Shown: positions 53,431 to 63,040 of the stretch, piece after piece | Position numbering within the stretch: the stretch's first letter is position 1 | Layout of the letters: each line of letters starts with the position of its first letter | Source: Candidatus Bathyarchaeota archaeon | GTDB taxonomy: Archaea > Thermoproteota > Bathyarchaeia > Bathyarchaeales > DTEX01 | DNA: 64,000 nt | Direction of reading: 5' to 3' | NCBI GenBank assembly: GCA_963714275.1 | Contig: CAVQNT010000002.1 | Location: forward strand, 512,001-576,000 | Notes under the pieces: model-generated | What the model was told of the DNA's origin: nothing | Seen by the model: the letters and a program-made list of their open reading frames with translations, nothing else | Database searches by the model: none | Made by a program: the position numbers and the translations under genes

Positions 53431-54262
53431 GAGTTGGGTTGCGCTAGGTTTTGGTGGTTTTAAGTTCTAATAAGAGGTCATGTATGAGTTTGACGGTTTC
53501 GTTTTTAAGGTTGATCTGGTAAGTTGCTGGAGAGGAGTTGTGTTTCTTTACCCATAGACTCTTTTGTTGTGTAGGTACTTCTTTTTTGAGGTACATTTGC
53601 AGATTTTCAACTGTTTTTCCTTGACTTGAACTTTTGGCAGAAGTCTAAGATGTGGTCTTTTCCCAGATGGAGGTTGCAGAAGTCAGCTGTAAAAGAACCG
53701 GCAGTCTCGGCAGTCAGTGTTAGTCTTTGTCTTCTGCAAGAAAGGTTTGCCTCCAACGTTTTGTGTTTTTTGAGGCTTTAACCCAAGAAGTTGTGTTTCC
53801 AACTTGCTGGAACCCCTTGTCCCGTAAGACGTTAGTTAAGTGTTTTCTTGTTGAGTAATCAGCATTGGAGTTGTATCTGACCCTTATTCTGAATGGTTCG
53901 CCTTCGCTTGGCTGCGAGGAGAAATTTTAATTTTTGTTTAGAAGTTCTCTGATGTTGAAGACCTGGACAGCCATTTCCGCAACCTCCATTTCGGAGCTGC
54001 TACAACACTGCTTTTAAGCAGTCTGTGAACTAAAGGGGGAGGGGAGCAATAAAGAAGGAACCATCTAGTCCAACAAGATTCCGCCTCTTTGAAGTACGTG
54101 AACTATCTGTTAAGTCTCTCCTCTGCACGCCTGCGTCTGAACTATCGTTTTCTCTGAGGTTGAGCTCTCATTTGGCCATCAGCAAAATGGACAGCACTTT
54201 AAAGGCTCTTGGGTGCGTTTTAGTGGCAACTATATATTCTTGAGAACGCGAATATATCTGAG

Positions 54263-55042
54263 GTGTCATGTTTGCCAATCCCCGTGGTGGAGCGCTCGGA
54301 AAAAGAGATTGCGCAAATTATCAGGAGGAAAGTTGAAGAGATAAAAGGCGTCAAAGGTTACCATCAACTGAATGTGCGCATGACTGGAAAAAGGTTCTAT
54401 GTTGAGATGCATGTCCAACTTGAAAACAATCTCGGGCCTGAGGACGCCCATAAGATCGCCTTAAATATTGAGAGAGAAGTCAAGAGCGTAGTTCCAAATG
54501 CCAGGGTCTCAATTCACACTGAGCCTTTTGAAAGTGATCAAGAAAGCATATGGAGGCTTGTGAAGGATATAGCTGAAGGGGTTCCTGGCTCCAGGGGAAT
54601 TCATAATATACATGTTCTTAGGAGCAGTGGAAATTTGAGCGTGGACCTGCACTTGGAAGTGAGCGCAAACATGACTGTGAAAGAGGCTCATGATGTCATT
54701 GATCAAGTGGAGAGGAAGATCAAAGCTGCTTATCCGAATATTTCGGAGATTACCGTACACGTGGAATCTGCCTCAGATCGCATATCTAGGGAATTGACAG
54801 GGGTCGAGACTGAGCTAAAGTCATACATCGAAGATGTTGCAGGCCACTATCCTGAGATTAAACGTGTACACAGAATCAGAATCCGAAAAGTTGGCGACGG
54901 CCTGAACATATTTCTGCACTGTCATTTCGATTCGAGCCTTAACATGGAGAATGCTCATGAGGTGTCCAGCAGGCTGGAGACTGAAATCAGAAAAACATAT
55001 CCCAACATTGTCAGGATAATTGTCCACGAAGAACCTGACTGA
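54263..55042 (+). CDS. Stand-alone triple cation-efflux (CDF) C-terminal dimerisation-domain protein
   Basis: Three repeats of H.(L/I).(V/I)R..G....(V/I)..H.......AH......E..........(I/V)H.E(P/S); no TM segments. Confidence 0.85.
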   Translation: MSCLPIPVVERSEKEIAQIIRRKVEEIKGVKGYHQLNVRMTGKRFYVEMHVQLENNLGPEDAHKIALNIEREVKSVVPNARVSIHTEPFESDQESIWRLVKDIAEGVPGSRGIHNIHVLRSSGNLSVDLHLEVSANMTVKEAHDVIDQVERKIKAAYPNISEITVHVESASDRISRELTGVETELKSYIEDVAGHYPEIKRVHRIRIRKVGDGLNIFLHCHFDSSLNMENAHEVSSRLETEIRKTYPNIVRIIVHEEPD

Positions 55043-55100
55043 AGCCCTTTTCATGTCCAGGCCCATGGGCGCTTGGACAAGACAAAATACCTATATCTGA

Positions 55101-57739
55101 GTGGTAAATAACTCTTCAAGCTCAGTTTTATCACTCTCTCGAGGCGGATTCAAAACAACGGTAAAAGAAAAAACAATTATTGCACAGAAAGACTACTGGT
55201 CTATCCACCCAACACGCATATATCAAGCCCTTGAAACTAGTGAACGAGGCCTGTCAGATGAGGAAGCCCAACAACGCCTAAGGATACACGGTTTCAACGA
55301 ATTGCCTAGAAAGGGCTTCAGCGGGGTTCAAGTGCTTATTAGGCAATTTAGGAATCCGATGTTTGCCATTCTGTTCACATGCGCAACCGTAGCAGCTTTC
55401 TTCGCTGAGATTGAGCAGTCAATTGTCATAATAGTCATGATTGCTCTCAGTGCTATCCTAGGGTTTTTTAACGAGTATAAAGCAGAAAAAATTGTTGAGG
55501 ATCTGCGTCAAAACGTATCCATTAAGGCAGTTGTAACAAGAGATGGGAAACCTTCCGAAATCAACGCTAGACTCCTAGTTCCAGGAGACCTCGTCTCTGT
55601 TTATGTTGGAGATATCGTTCCTGCTGACATGAGGATAGTGGAATCCAAGGATCTTCAAATTAACGAAGCCGTGCTCACTGGAGAATCTTTTCCAACGGAG
55701 AAGACCTCTGAACGCCTCGACCTTCAGCAACCAACACCTCAGCAATTGACGAATTACTTGTTTATGAGCACTATAGTTGTGCATGGTGCCGGTCGGGGGG
55801 TCATAGTCTCGACAGGAAAAAACACGGAGTTCGGAGCCATATCAAAAAGTCTGGCTCGCCCACATCCTGAAACCGAGTTTCAAAAGGGCGTCAGGAACTA
55901 CGGAACGATGCTCATGGTTCTTGCTATCGCTCTTACGGTTGGAATTTTCGCGTTGAACGCCTTAATCGGACATCCAATAATCGATTCTCTCTTGTTCTCT
56001 CTCGCGGTAGCAATCGGATTAGTCCCCGAACTCATGCCTGCAATTGTGACTATCAGCCTTTCGCAAGGAGCTCAGAGGATGTCGAAGGTAAGAGTCGTTG
56101 TTAAACGCCTAGTTTCGATTGAGGATTTCGGAAATATGGATATCCTCTGCACTGACAAAACTGGCACGCTCACAGAAGGAAAGATTGTTCTCAAGGATTA
56201 CTATTCACTTGACGAAAAAAAAGACCCTAGGATACTATCTTACTCGTTACTCTGCAACTCAGCTTTTGTGGGTGAAACCATTGCAGGCAACCCGATGGAT
56301 GTAGCCATTTGGCAGTACGCCACTGAGAACGGTGCAAGAGAAGAACTGAAAAACTACACACGAATTGACGAGATACCGTTCGACTATCAACGGCGTATGA
56401 TGTCCGTGGCAGTAAAAAAGGAGAAAGAGATGATTTTCATCAGCAAGGGTGCTCCAGAATCGGTTATCTCTAGATGCAAGTATGCTGAAATGATGGGAAA
56501 GAACAAACCCATGAGCTCTGTTCTAAAGTCAACTAATAACAAATTCCTCAATCTCTCACAACTTGGATATCGGATCCTAGTGATTGCCTACCGAATAGTA
56601 GATGTCAAGTCTTCATACTCAACTGAAGATGAAAAAGATCTGACTCTTTTAGGCTTCCTAATATTTACTGATCCTCCGAAGAAGGACGCTCATAAAGCTG
56701 TCACTGAGCTGAAAGGGATGGGTGTTGACGTGAAGATACTGACCGGAGACAATGAACTCGTGGCAAGAAAGATATGCGACGACCTCAAAATTTCAGTTAA
56801 AAGATTAATTACTGGCTCAGAACTCACTCAGATGAGTTTAAATGAAATTAAGGTCGTAGTTGAAGAGGCTGTGGTCTTTGCGCGGATCACCCCTGAACAG
56901 AAGCTGGACATCATCAAAGCCTTAAAGAGAAATGGTCATGTGGTAGGCTTTATGGGGGATGGAGTGAATGATGCCCCAGCCCTTTACGAGGCGGATGTAG
57001 GCATATCAGTCGACACGGCTGTAGATGTTTCAAAGGACGCGGCAGACATCGTACTTCTTGAGAAGGATCTGTTCGTGCTGGCTAACGGTATTGAAGAGGG
57101 TCGCAGAATCTTCGGCAATACCACAAAATACATCTCAATGGGAACAAGCTCAAATTTTGGAAACATGTTTAGTGCAGCTGCTGCATCGGTTTTTCTGCCG
57201 TTCCTCCCTATGTTGCCTATGCAGATACTCTTCATGAACCTCTTATATGACATTGCCAACTTCACGTTACCCGCAGATAATGTTGACGAGGAATATACTA
57301 AATGGCCAAGGCGGTGGGACATAAGTTTTGTAAGAAAGTTCACACTTTTCTTCGGTCCTTTCAGTTCGTTGTACGATTTTCTCACCTACGGCATCATGCT
57401 TTTCATATTTGGGACTTTTGTAGCAACACCGCAAGCCGCAGCTGCTCTTCCAAAGTGGCTGGTTCGTAGAATCATTCTGGACTGAAGTCTTAGTGATATT
57501 CGTAATCAGGACCAGACGGATACCCTTCATCACAAGTCGCCCCGGAAAATGGCTCACCGTGCTCACTCTTTCCTGTGTTGCCTTCGGGACCATAGTCCCA
57601 TTCACTCCACTCGGTAAGCTTCCTCGGATTCGCCGCCTTGCCAGTTGAATACTGGGTACTCTTAATTCTAATGGTTGCTACCTATTTACTTCTGGTAGAT
57701 GCCGGTAAAGTATTCTTCTATAAAATTTGCAGGTTCTAA
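55101..57739 (+). CDS. mgtA: Magnesium-translocating P-type ATPase (apparent frameshifts near C-terminus)
   Basis: LTGES, VPELMP, FGNMDILCTDKTGTLT, DPPK, GDGVND, SSNFGNMFS, PFLPMLP.QI, DNVD, FGPFSS.YD. Confidence 0.9.
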
Positions 57740-57751
57740 TGGAGGAAACAT

Positions 57752-58084
57752 GTGTTGCAGATTGATCTGTTTAGCTGGTGGGTCATTAGCATTAGCTGGA
57801 GTATTGTGTTCCTAGTATTAGTGAGCATATATCTTTACGCAAACAGCAAGACCAAGCGCAATATGGACAAGGGAGAAACTGAAAACAGAATAAAAAGGTT
57901 GGGGAAGGACTTTGTATTTGTCTGGGTCTTGATAAGTCTTCTTGTCTTTTACATAGTCTCAGTTAATATAGGTTCTTCCGCCCTCTTTGCAGCAGGGAAT
58001 ATAATTATTGAAATAATTTTGATTGCTTATCTTGCGAAGAGCAAATACAGGTCGGAGCAAACACAACATTCAAGATCACAGTAA
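57752..58084 (+). CDS. Small 3-TM membrane protein
   Basis: Three hydrophobic helices; GGAGG RBS; directly follows mgtA. Confidence 0.7.
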   Translation: MLQIDLFSWWVISISWSIVFLVLVSIYLYANSKTKRNMDKGETENRIKRLGKDFVFVWVLISLLVFYIVSVNIGSSALFAAGNIIIEIILIAYLAKSKYRSEQTQHSRSQ

Positions 58085-58345
58085 ACGCCTAAGCATCTTT
58101 ACAGTTAAATTTCTCGGGATTTTCTTTTGGAAAACCGCTTCAGGGTTTTTTGATCATTCATAGTTTCATAGATCCTCCTCTTGAACCTATCATACAGTGA
58201 GGCTCTTGACTGCTAGTTGTAGCGTTTTTGCCATGAATTTTATTGGTTCTGAGTTCAAATGACTAAAAACGAGAAATTTGGACCGCTAGCCAAACCCAAT
58301 GTTCTGTTATGTTTTAGTAGAAAAAAGGGTGTGGGCCAGCAGACT

Positions 58346-59531
58346 TTATAATGCCGTTGCTGTAACGTTGAAAGTCTGGCAGCCTTCTCCCATCAATCTT
58401 ATGGTGTAGGTTTCGTCAGGTATTGGAGTTATGATAGTTTGTGGTGTACGTCTTTCCTTTTCTTCGTCATGTTCTGGTTTAAGCTGGATGACGCCGCTGA
58501 AGCTCAGCGTGACCGATTGTCCAGGTTGTAGGGTGAGTCCTCTTCGATTTCCTTCATTTTCATCATGTTCACCATGCCAATCCTCTTCGGAGCCAAGGAC
58601 TGGGACTAGAGATGTGCCGTTTATTTTGAACGGGATTGTGTCTGGATGTTCGATCTCCATATTATCATTATTCTTATGGTTGTTATGCCCTTCATCATTT
58701 TGATTGTTTTGCATGCTCGTGGATGATACGTTGAACAGTCCATGTAGTGTCAGTCCGGATATGGTTGCGTTCGTATTCCCATCATTTTTGAAAGTGACCG
58801 AGAAACTTGTGACGTTGCCATTTACAGAGAGAGAGGCACTGGTTATAACTATCTTCTTAGAGGTTTCTTGCACTACTCTAATCGGCTTCACCTTGTCATT
58901 ATCCTCCAGTCTAACTATGGTTCCGACCTTTATGTGGTCTGCTTTTACATTGGTTACGATTGTTGCTGTGGCGCTTGGAACAAGGACGAAGTAATTGACG
59001 GTGCCTCCTGTTGAGTTTATTGCCTGTATCTGAACAAGTGTCGGTCGGAAGTCAAAGAGCACACCTAGCGTCTGGTTCACTTTCTGGCTGTTCGCTATGG
59101 AAATTATGAGTTGGTTGGATAGAGCTGTTACGTTATAAACTGTCCCGTCTACCTTAGCCTTTACCGATGAAATTGTGAACTGGATCATGTCTACTGTTGA
59201 GTTTTGGGGTAGTGTTGTGGAAGCGATCGTCTGACTCATGTTTATCAATGTGAAGAGGTTTACGGTTCCTGATGCCTCGACGGGAAGCCACACCTTGGTT
59301 CCATTCTGATAGGTTATGTGCAGTGAAACATTAGAATATGTTAGATTCAGCACAGTTGTCCCAGCTGGCACGGTTGGAGGGTCAGTCAGCATCACCAGGA
59401 AAGTAAATGATGGCGTCGGGGTTTCTGTGGGGAAAAGTATGGGATTGGTGAATGTCACAGTCAGCTATTATGACCATTGCTACGAGAACTGCAGCTCCAC
59501 CATATTTCAATGTCCATTTTCTTGTTGACAT
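58346..59531 (-). CDS. Secreted/surface DUF4382-like protein with His/Asn/Glu-rich loops (frameshift in signal region)
   Basis: MSTRKWTLKYGGAAVLVAMVIIA signal/TM; VMLTDPP; many N-x-S/T sequons. Confidence 0.7.
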
Positions 59532-59727
59532 CTATAATTCCTCTTCAGGACAATGGGAGTGCAGGTAGATAATGCTATATTTTTGAAACATTTTCAAAAA
59601 TAGTTGAACGCCTCTTTCAAGGGTTTTAAAAGCCAACAAAATCAGCCGCCAGATTGAACTGCAGCGGAATATGCTGTGGGTAGAAATTTCTAATTAGGCT
59701 ACGACTGGACTTATGTCTTCACTCAGG

Positions 59728-60147
59728 TCAAACGACCAGCCTGCGCCACAGCCTAATTGTTTCGTACCAGAATGTAAGGACCATAGCAAAAGAGGCTACT
59801 ATTAGGTAGACTGTAAAGCCCGGTGCCTGCAGGGCCTCATACGATAGGTAGAGCGTAAGGATAGTGAAGAGGAGTGTAAAGAAGAAGAGTTGCGGCACAA
59901 TTGCGGGTCCTATCTTTGAGTAACCATCAAGAATCTTTATGGATGCTTCCTCTACTGCACAGTATCTTCCATGTTCATCCTGCCTTACATAGCCAGCTTC
60001 GGAAAGCTTGCCGAGGTGGTAGGAGGCAAGAGAAGCTGTTGATAAGCCAACTCCATGCTGGATGTCCCTGAGTTCACAGGCTCCATGTCTTAGTATGTAC
60101 AGGTAAACTTTGAGCGTGTTGCCTCTAACTTCTTGGTTGACTGTCAT
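59728..60147 (-). CDS. wHTH regulator with two C-terminal TM helices
   Basis: GNTLKVYLY...RDIQ..VGLSTASLASYHL.KL...GYV..DEHGRY followed by 2 TM helices. Confidence 0.8.
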   Translation of the reverse strand: MTVNQEVRGNTLKVYLYILRHGACELRDIQHGVGLSTASLASYHLGKLSEAGYVRQDEHGRYCAVEEASIKILDGYSKIGPAIVPQLFFFTLLFTILTLYLSYEALQAPGFTVYLIVASFAMVLTFWYETIRLWRRLVV

Positions 60148-60194
60148 TTCAGAAATAGATGAATAAAACCTGATAATTTAATGCTTACGGATTA

Positions 60195-60371
60195 TTAGTC
60201 TATTTCTAGATATCTATTTTTGCAGAGGTTGATCCTGTAAAATAGCTGACTAAATGCCTCTTCCGGCTTCAAGACTAAATGCAACAATACCCTAAATTGG
60301 GCTCCACATCCCAACCCAGCCTCAAGATCATCCCAGATAATGCATGATCGTCTGTTATTAGCAGTCAACAT
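60195..60371 (-). pseudogene. Possible truncated wHTH gene
   Basis: IWDDLEAGLGCGAQFRVLLHLVLKPEEAFS resembles an archaeal wHTH N-terminus, then drifts; TATA-like motif upstream. Confidence 0.35.
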
Positions 60372-60552
60372 AACAGACTCGAGCTAATGGCTAAACTCAT
60401 TTAAGCAGTCTGTGAAAAGACGGGGAGAGGGGTATTCAAATGCCCATTCTTAGATGATGTGCCAAGTAGTCGGCTGTGACATCATTTCAACTCGGTGTAT
60501 TCACCATTTGCCAGTCTGTATTCTAGTGCACCTTTTAGAATTCTTTTTTTAT

Positions 60553-60783
60553 TCACTCATTCACTATCATCGTCAAGGTTGAGCTAACGCCGTCCAGCCT
60601 TCTTATTTGGTAAGTTATTAAATCTTTGATCTTGTCCATAGACGGTGCTTCAACCTTAACAACTACGTCGTATACTCCAAATACGCTGTAAGCTTCTTTT
60701 ACGCTTTCGACGTTCTCTAAGGCTTTCAAGACTTTTTCCATAGCGTCAATCTTTGCGTTTATCAGGACAAAAGCGACAGGCAC
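60553..60783 (-). CDS. Stand-alone Lrp/AsnC ligand-binding (RAM) domain protein
   Basis: AFVLIN...VFGVYDVVVKVEA...IRRLDGV.STLTMIV. Confidence 0.9.
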   Translation of the reverse strand: MPVAFVLINAKIDAMEKVLKALENVESVKEAYSVFGVYDVVVKVEAPSMDKIKDLITYQIRRLDGVSSTLTMIVNE

Positions 60784-60937
60784 AGAATCAACTCCTCAAA
60801 TTTACAGTTGTTCTCCTCGGTTTAAAGGTTTATCTTAGAATTGTGCACAAAAAAAGAGGCAACGTTTTTGTCCTATGGCAAGAAATATTACTTTCTTAAG
60901 CCAATTGTCATGTTGATTCGTTGGATGGTGAGCTTCT

Positions 60938-61195
60938 GTGTCTGTTCGTTCCCAACCTAAAGCGAGCTTTAGAGCTAGATTGCCTAACGGGGACTTCTTG
61001 ACCTTGACTGTCTGGGGAGGGAAGTCTGACCCCATGGCTGAGGTAATTACGGTGCAGATCCGCCATCTTTCAGGTGACCTTTGGGAGACTATCGGAAGGT
61101 TGGCTGCCTACAGAACCGCTGATGGAAGCTACTCACAATTGCCAGAACGTAGAGAGCAGAAACAGGACAGTGGGAACTCGACATTAGAAATTTGA
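60938..61195 (+). CDS. Hypothetical protein
   Basis: 85-aa ORF with GGTGAG RBS, beta-rich pattern. Confidence 0.65.
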   Translation: MSVRSQPKASFRARLPNGDFLTLTVWGGKSDPMAEVITVQIRHLSGDLWETIGRLAAYRTADGSYSQLPERREQKQDSGNSTLEI

Positions 61196-61442
61196 GGCTT
61201 CAACTCAATGTAATGCGTGGGCTTCTGAAAGACGCGATCTCTGTTGTTCTGGTAATCGGCGTTATCGGAACAAGGTATTAGACGGTCTGACTGTTATCCC
61301 GATACTCACTGATTCTGACTTAATGACCCGCCATCAAGTTGGTTGCAAAACCCGTTTCTGCCTTCGCCACCTTTTAAGTAAATGGTTTATTGCGGGTTAG
61401 CGCGATTTTATACTTCAAATGCTCCCAATTTTTCTTTGCAGA

Positions 61443-62792
61443 TTACAATTTGTAATGCTTTCCTTTTACTGCAATCAATGTGTTCTTACTTATTTCCATA
61501 AAAAGTAAGGGATTCTCTGTGTGTATGGGGAATATCTTCTCTGGGTTGATTCGTTCAACCATTTCTACTAATTCCTTCCTACTGAGGTGGCCAGAGGCGT
61601 GCAGCTGATGAAACTCTATGTTAAAGTGGTCTAGCCAGTTGTGCATCACCTGGTCTTCTAGGTCTTCTTCGCTGAAAGGCTCACTCATGCTGTGAATGAA
61701 GTGGCTGCCTAGTTCTGGCTTAATGTCTATTAGCTCGCCGAACTGGTAGAAATCCAAGTCCATTATTAGACGACCTTGATTCTCGTGGACATATTCGGCT
61801 GTAACCATCCTATCCATGAACGGTCTTTCCCAGAGGTAGTAATCTTTTTCCGCGAAAGTTCCAGACTTCTTCCTCTTGTAATAGACGAGAATGTTATCGT
61901 CCTTAAGCGGGTTGGGAAGGTTCAAATGCTCATCCTCAATCAGCTTATTCAAGAGGTATGCTGTTCTTGGAAGGATGACTATTTTCCTGTCGTTCTCCTT
62001 CGCAACCTCATACATGGTTCTAAACCTGTCAGTATCACGCCCATAATGCGCAACGAAAACTATCTTACCAGTGCCAGACACGATCCTGTTGCTTTTCTCC
62101 TTCACCTCGGTCTCAGAATGGTTCACCCGATGTTCCTGTTCCACCATCCTAGTCCCTTCAGTTACCAAGGCAACCGGCTCACAATCGCTTGCCTTTTCGA
62201 TGAACTGTTCTGTCATCTCCTTTTTTGGACCGTGAGCTCTCATATCACCGGTGTAGACAACTTCCCCTTGCGACGTGTGTATGATGAAGCCGTAGGCTCC
62301 GGGTATAGAGTGGTCGACGTGGATCGGCTCTACCTCAAGAGAATCTACTTGTGCAGTATCTCCGGTTCTGAAAGTTTGGTAGGGGTGTTCTCCCAAGGGG
62401 ATTGAGGAGGTCTCTTCCGCTGATTCTATGAAGAATTTGGTGCATGAGCCGCAGAATACGGGGATCTTCTCGTCAATGAAGCATATGTGGGCCATGTGGT
62501 CGAAGTGGGCATGAGACACAAACACCGCGTCAACCTTTGGTTTAGAGTAGGGAAGGTCGGTGTACTGCAGTTGCCTTTCACTGTATAATCCCTTGATCCT
62601 CGGCATCAAATCGAACTCAAAATAGTCCTTCAAACCGTAGAGTGCTCTTGGAGCAAGCCAGCCAGTAAAATAGTCAGTTCCTAACATGAAAGGTTGCCCA
62701 AAATCAAGAAATACCTTCACATTTTTGTCTTTTAAAAGAACCTTGTTTCCACCAATTTCTCCTACTCCACCATAAAAAGTTAATCCAGTCAT
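61443..62792 (-). CDS. Metallo-beta-lactamase / beta-CASP ribonuclease J-like protein
   Basis: GGVGEIGGN, SHAHFDH, VDHSIPG, YTGD, EGT, HASGH, PIHTE. Confidence 0.88.
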   Translation of the reverse strand: MTGLTFYGGVGEIGGNKVLLKDKNVKVFLDFGQPFMLGTDYFTGWLAPRALYGLKDYFEFDLMPRIKGLYSERQLQYTDLPYSKPKVDAVFVSHAHFDHMAHICFIDEKIPVFCGSCTKFFIESAEETSSIPLGEHPYQTFRTGDTAQVDSLEVEPIHVDHSIPGAYGFIIHTSQGEVVYTGDMRAHGPKKEMTEQFIEKASDCEPVALVTEGTRMVEQEHRVNHSETEVKEKSNRIVSGTGKIVFVAHYGRDTDRFRTMYEVAKENDRKIVILPRTAYLLNKLIEDEHLNLPNPLKDDNILVYYKRKKSGTFAEKDYYLWERPFMDRMVTAEYVHENQGRLIMDLDFYQFGELIDIKPELGSHFIHSMSEPFSEEDLEDQVMHNWLDHFNIEFHQLHASGHLSRKELVEMVERINPEKIFPIHTENPLLFMEISKNTLIAVKGKHYKL

Positions 62793-63040
62793 ATTTCTTC
62801 ATGGTAAAATAAGTTATAATCATTAAATATGTTATGAAGATAAAACACTGCGAGGATTTAAAGACCCTTCAGCAGGAAGGATTAAGTGATATCCAATCGC
62901 ATAATACAACACTTAACTGAAACAAAAACTCCTGTAGCTGCAGCTAGATACTTTCAGAAGCTGACTTTCAGTTGCATCTTTTTTTTATATCCTCCTAAAT
63001 TAAAGGAATTGACTGCCATTATTTATGTAGTATGCAGTAT

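Larger units (their letters stand above)
45774..60440. mobile_element. Putative integrative element/genomic island at tRNA-Leu (right boundary uncertain)
   Basis: Integrase converging on the tRNA 3' end; gene fragments, wHTH genes and an AT-rich foreign gene; no attR copy of the tRNA 3' end found in the window. Confidence 0.6.

Noticed and set aside
60421-60450. attR copy of the tRNA-Leu 3' end (GGGGTATTCAAATGCCC)
   Set aside because: Only a loose T-arm-like resemblance; no acceptor-stem match to GGGTTCAAGTCCCACCCCCCGCA.
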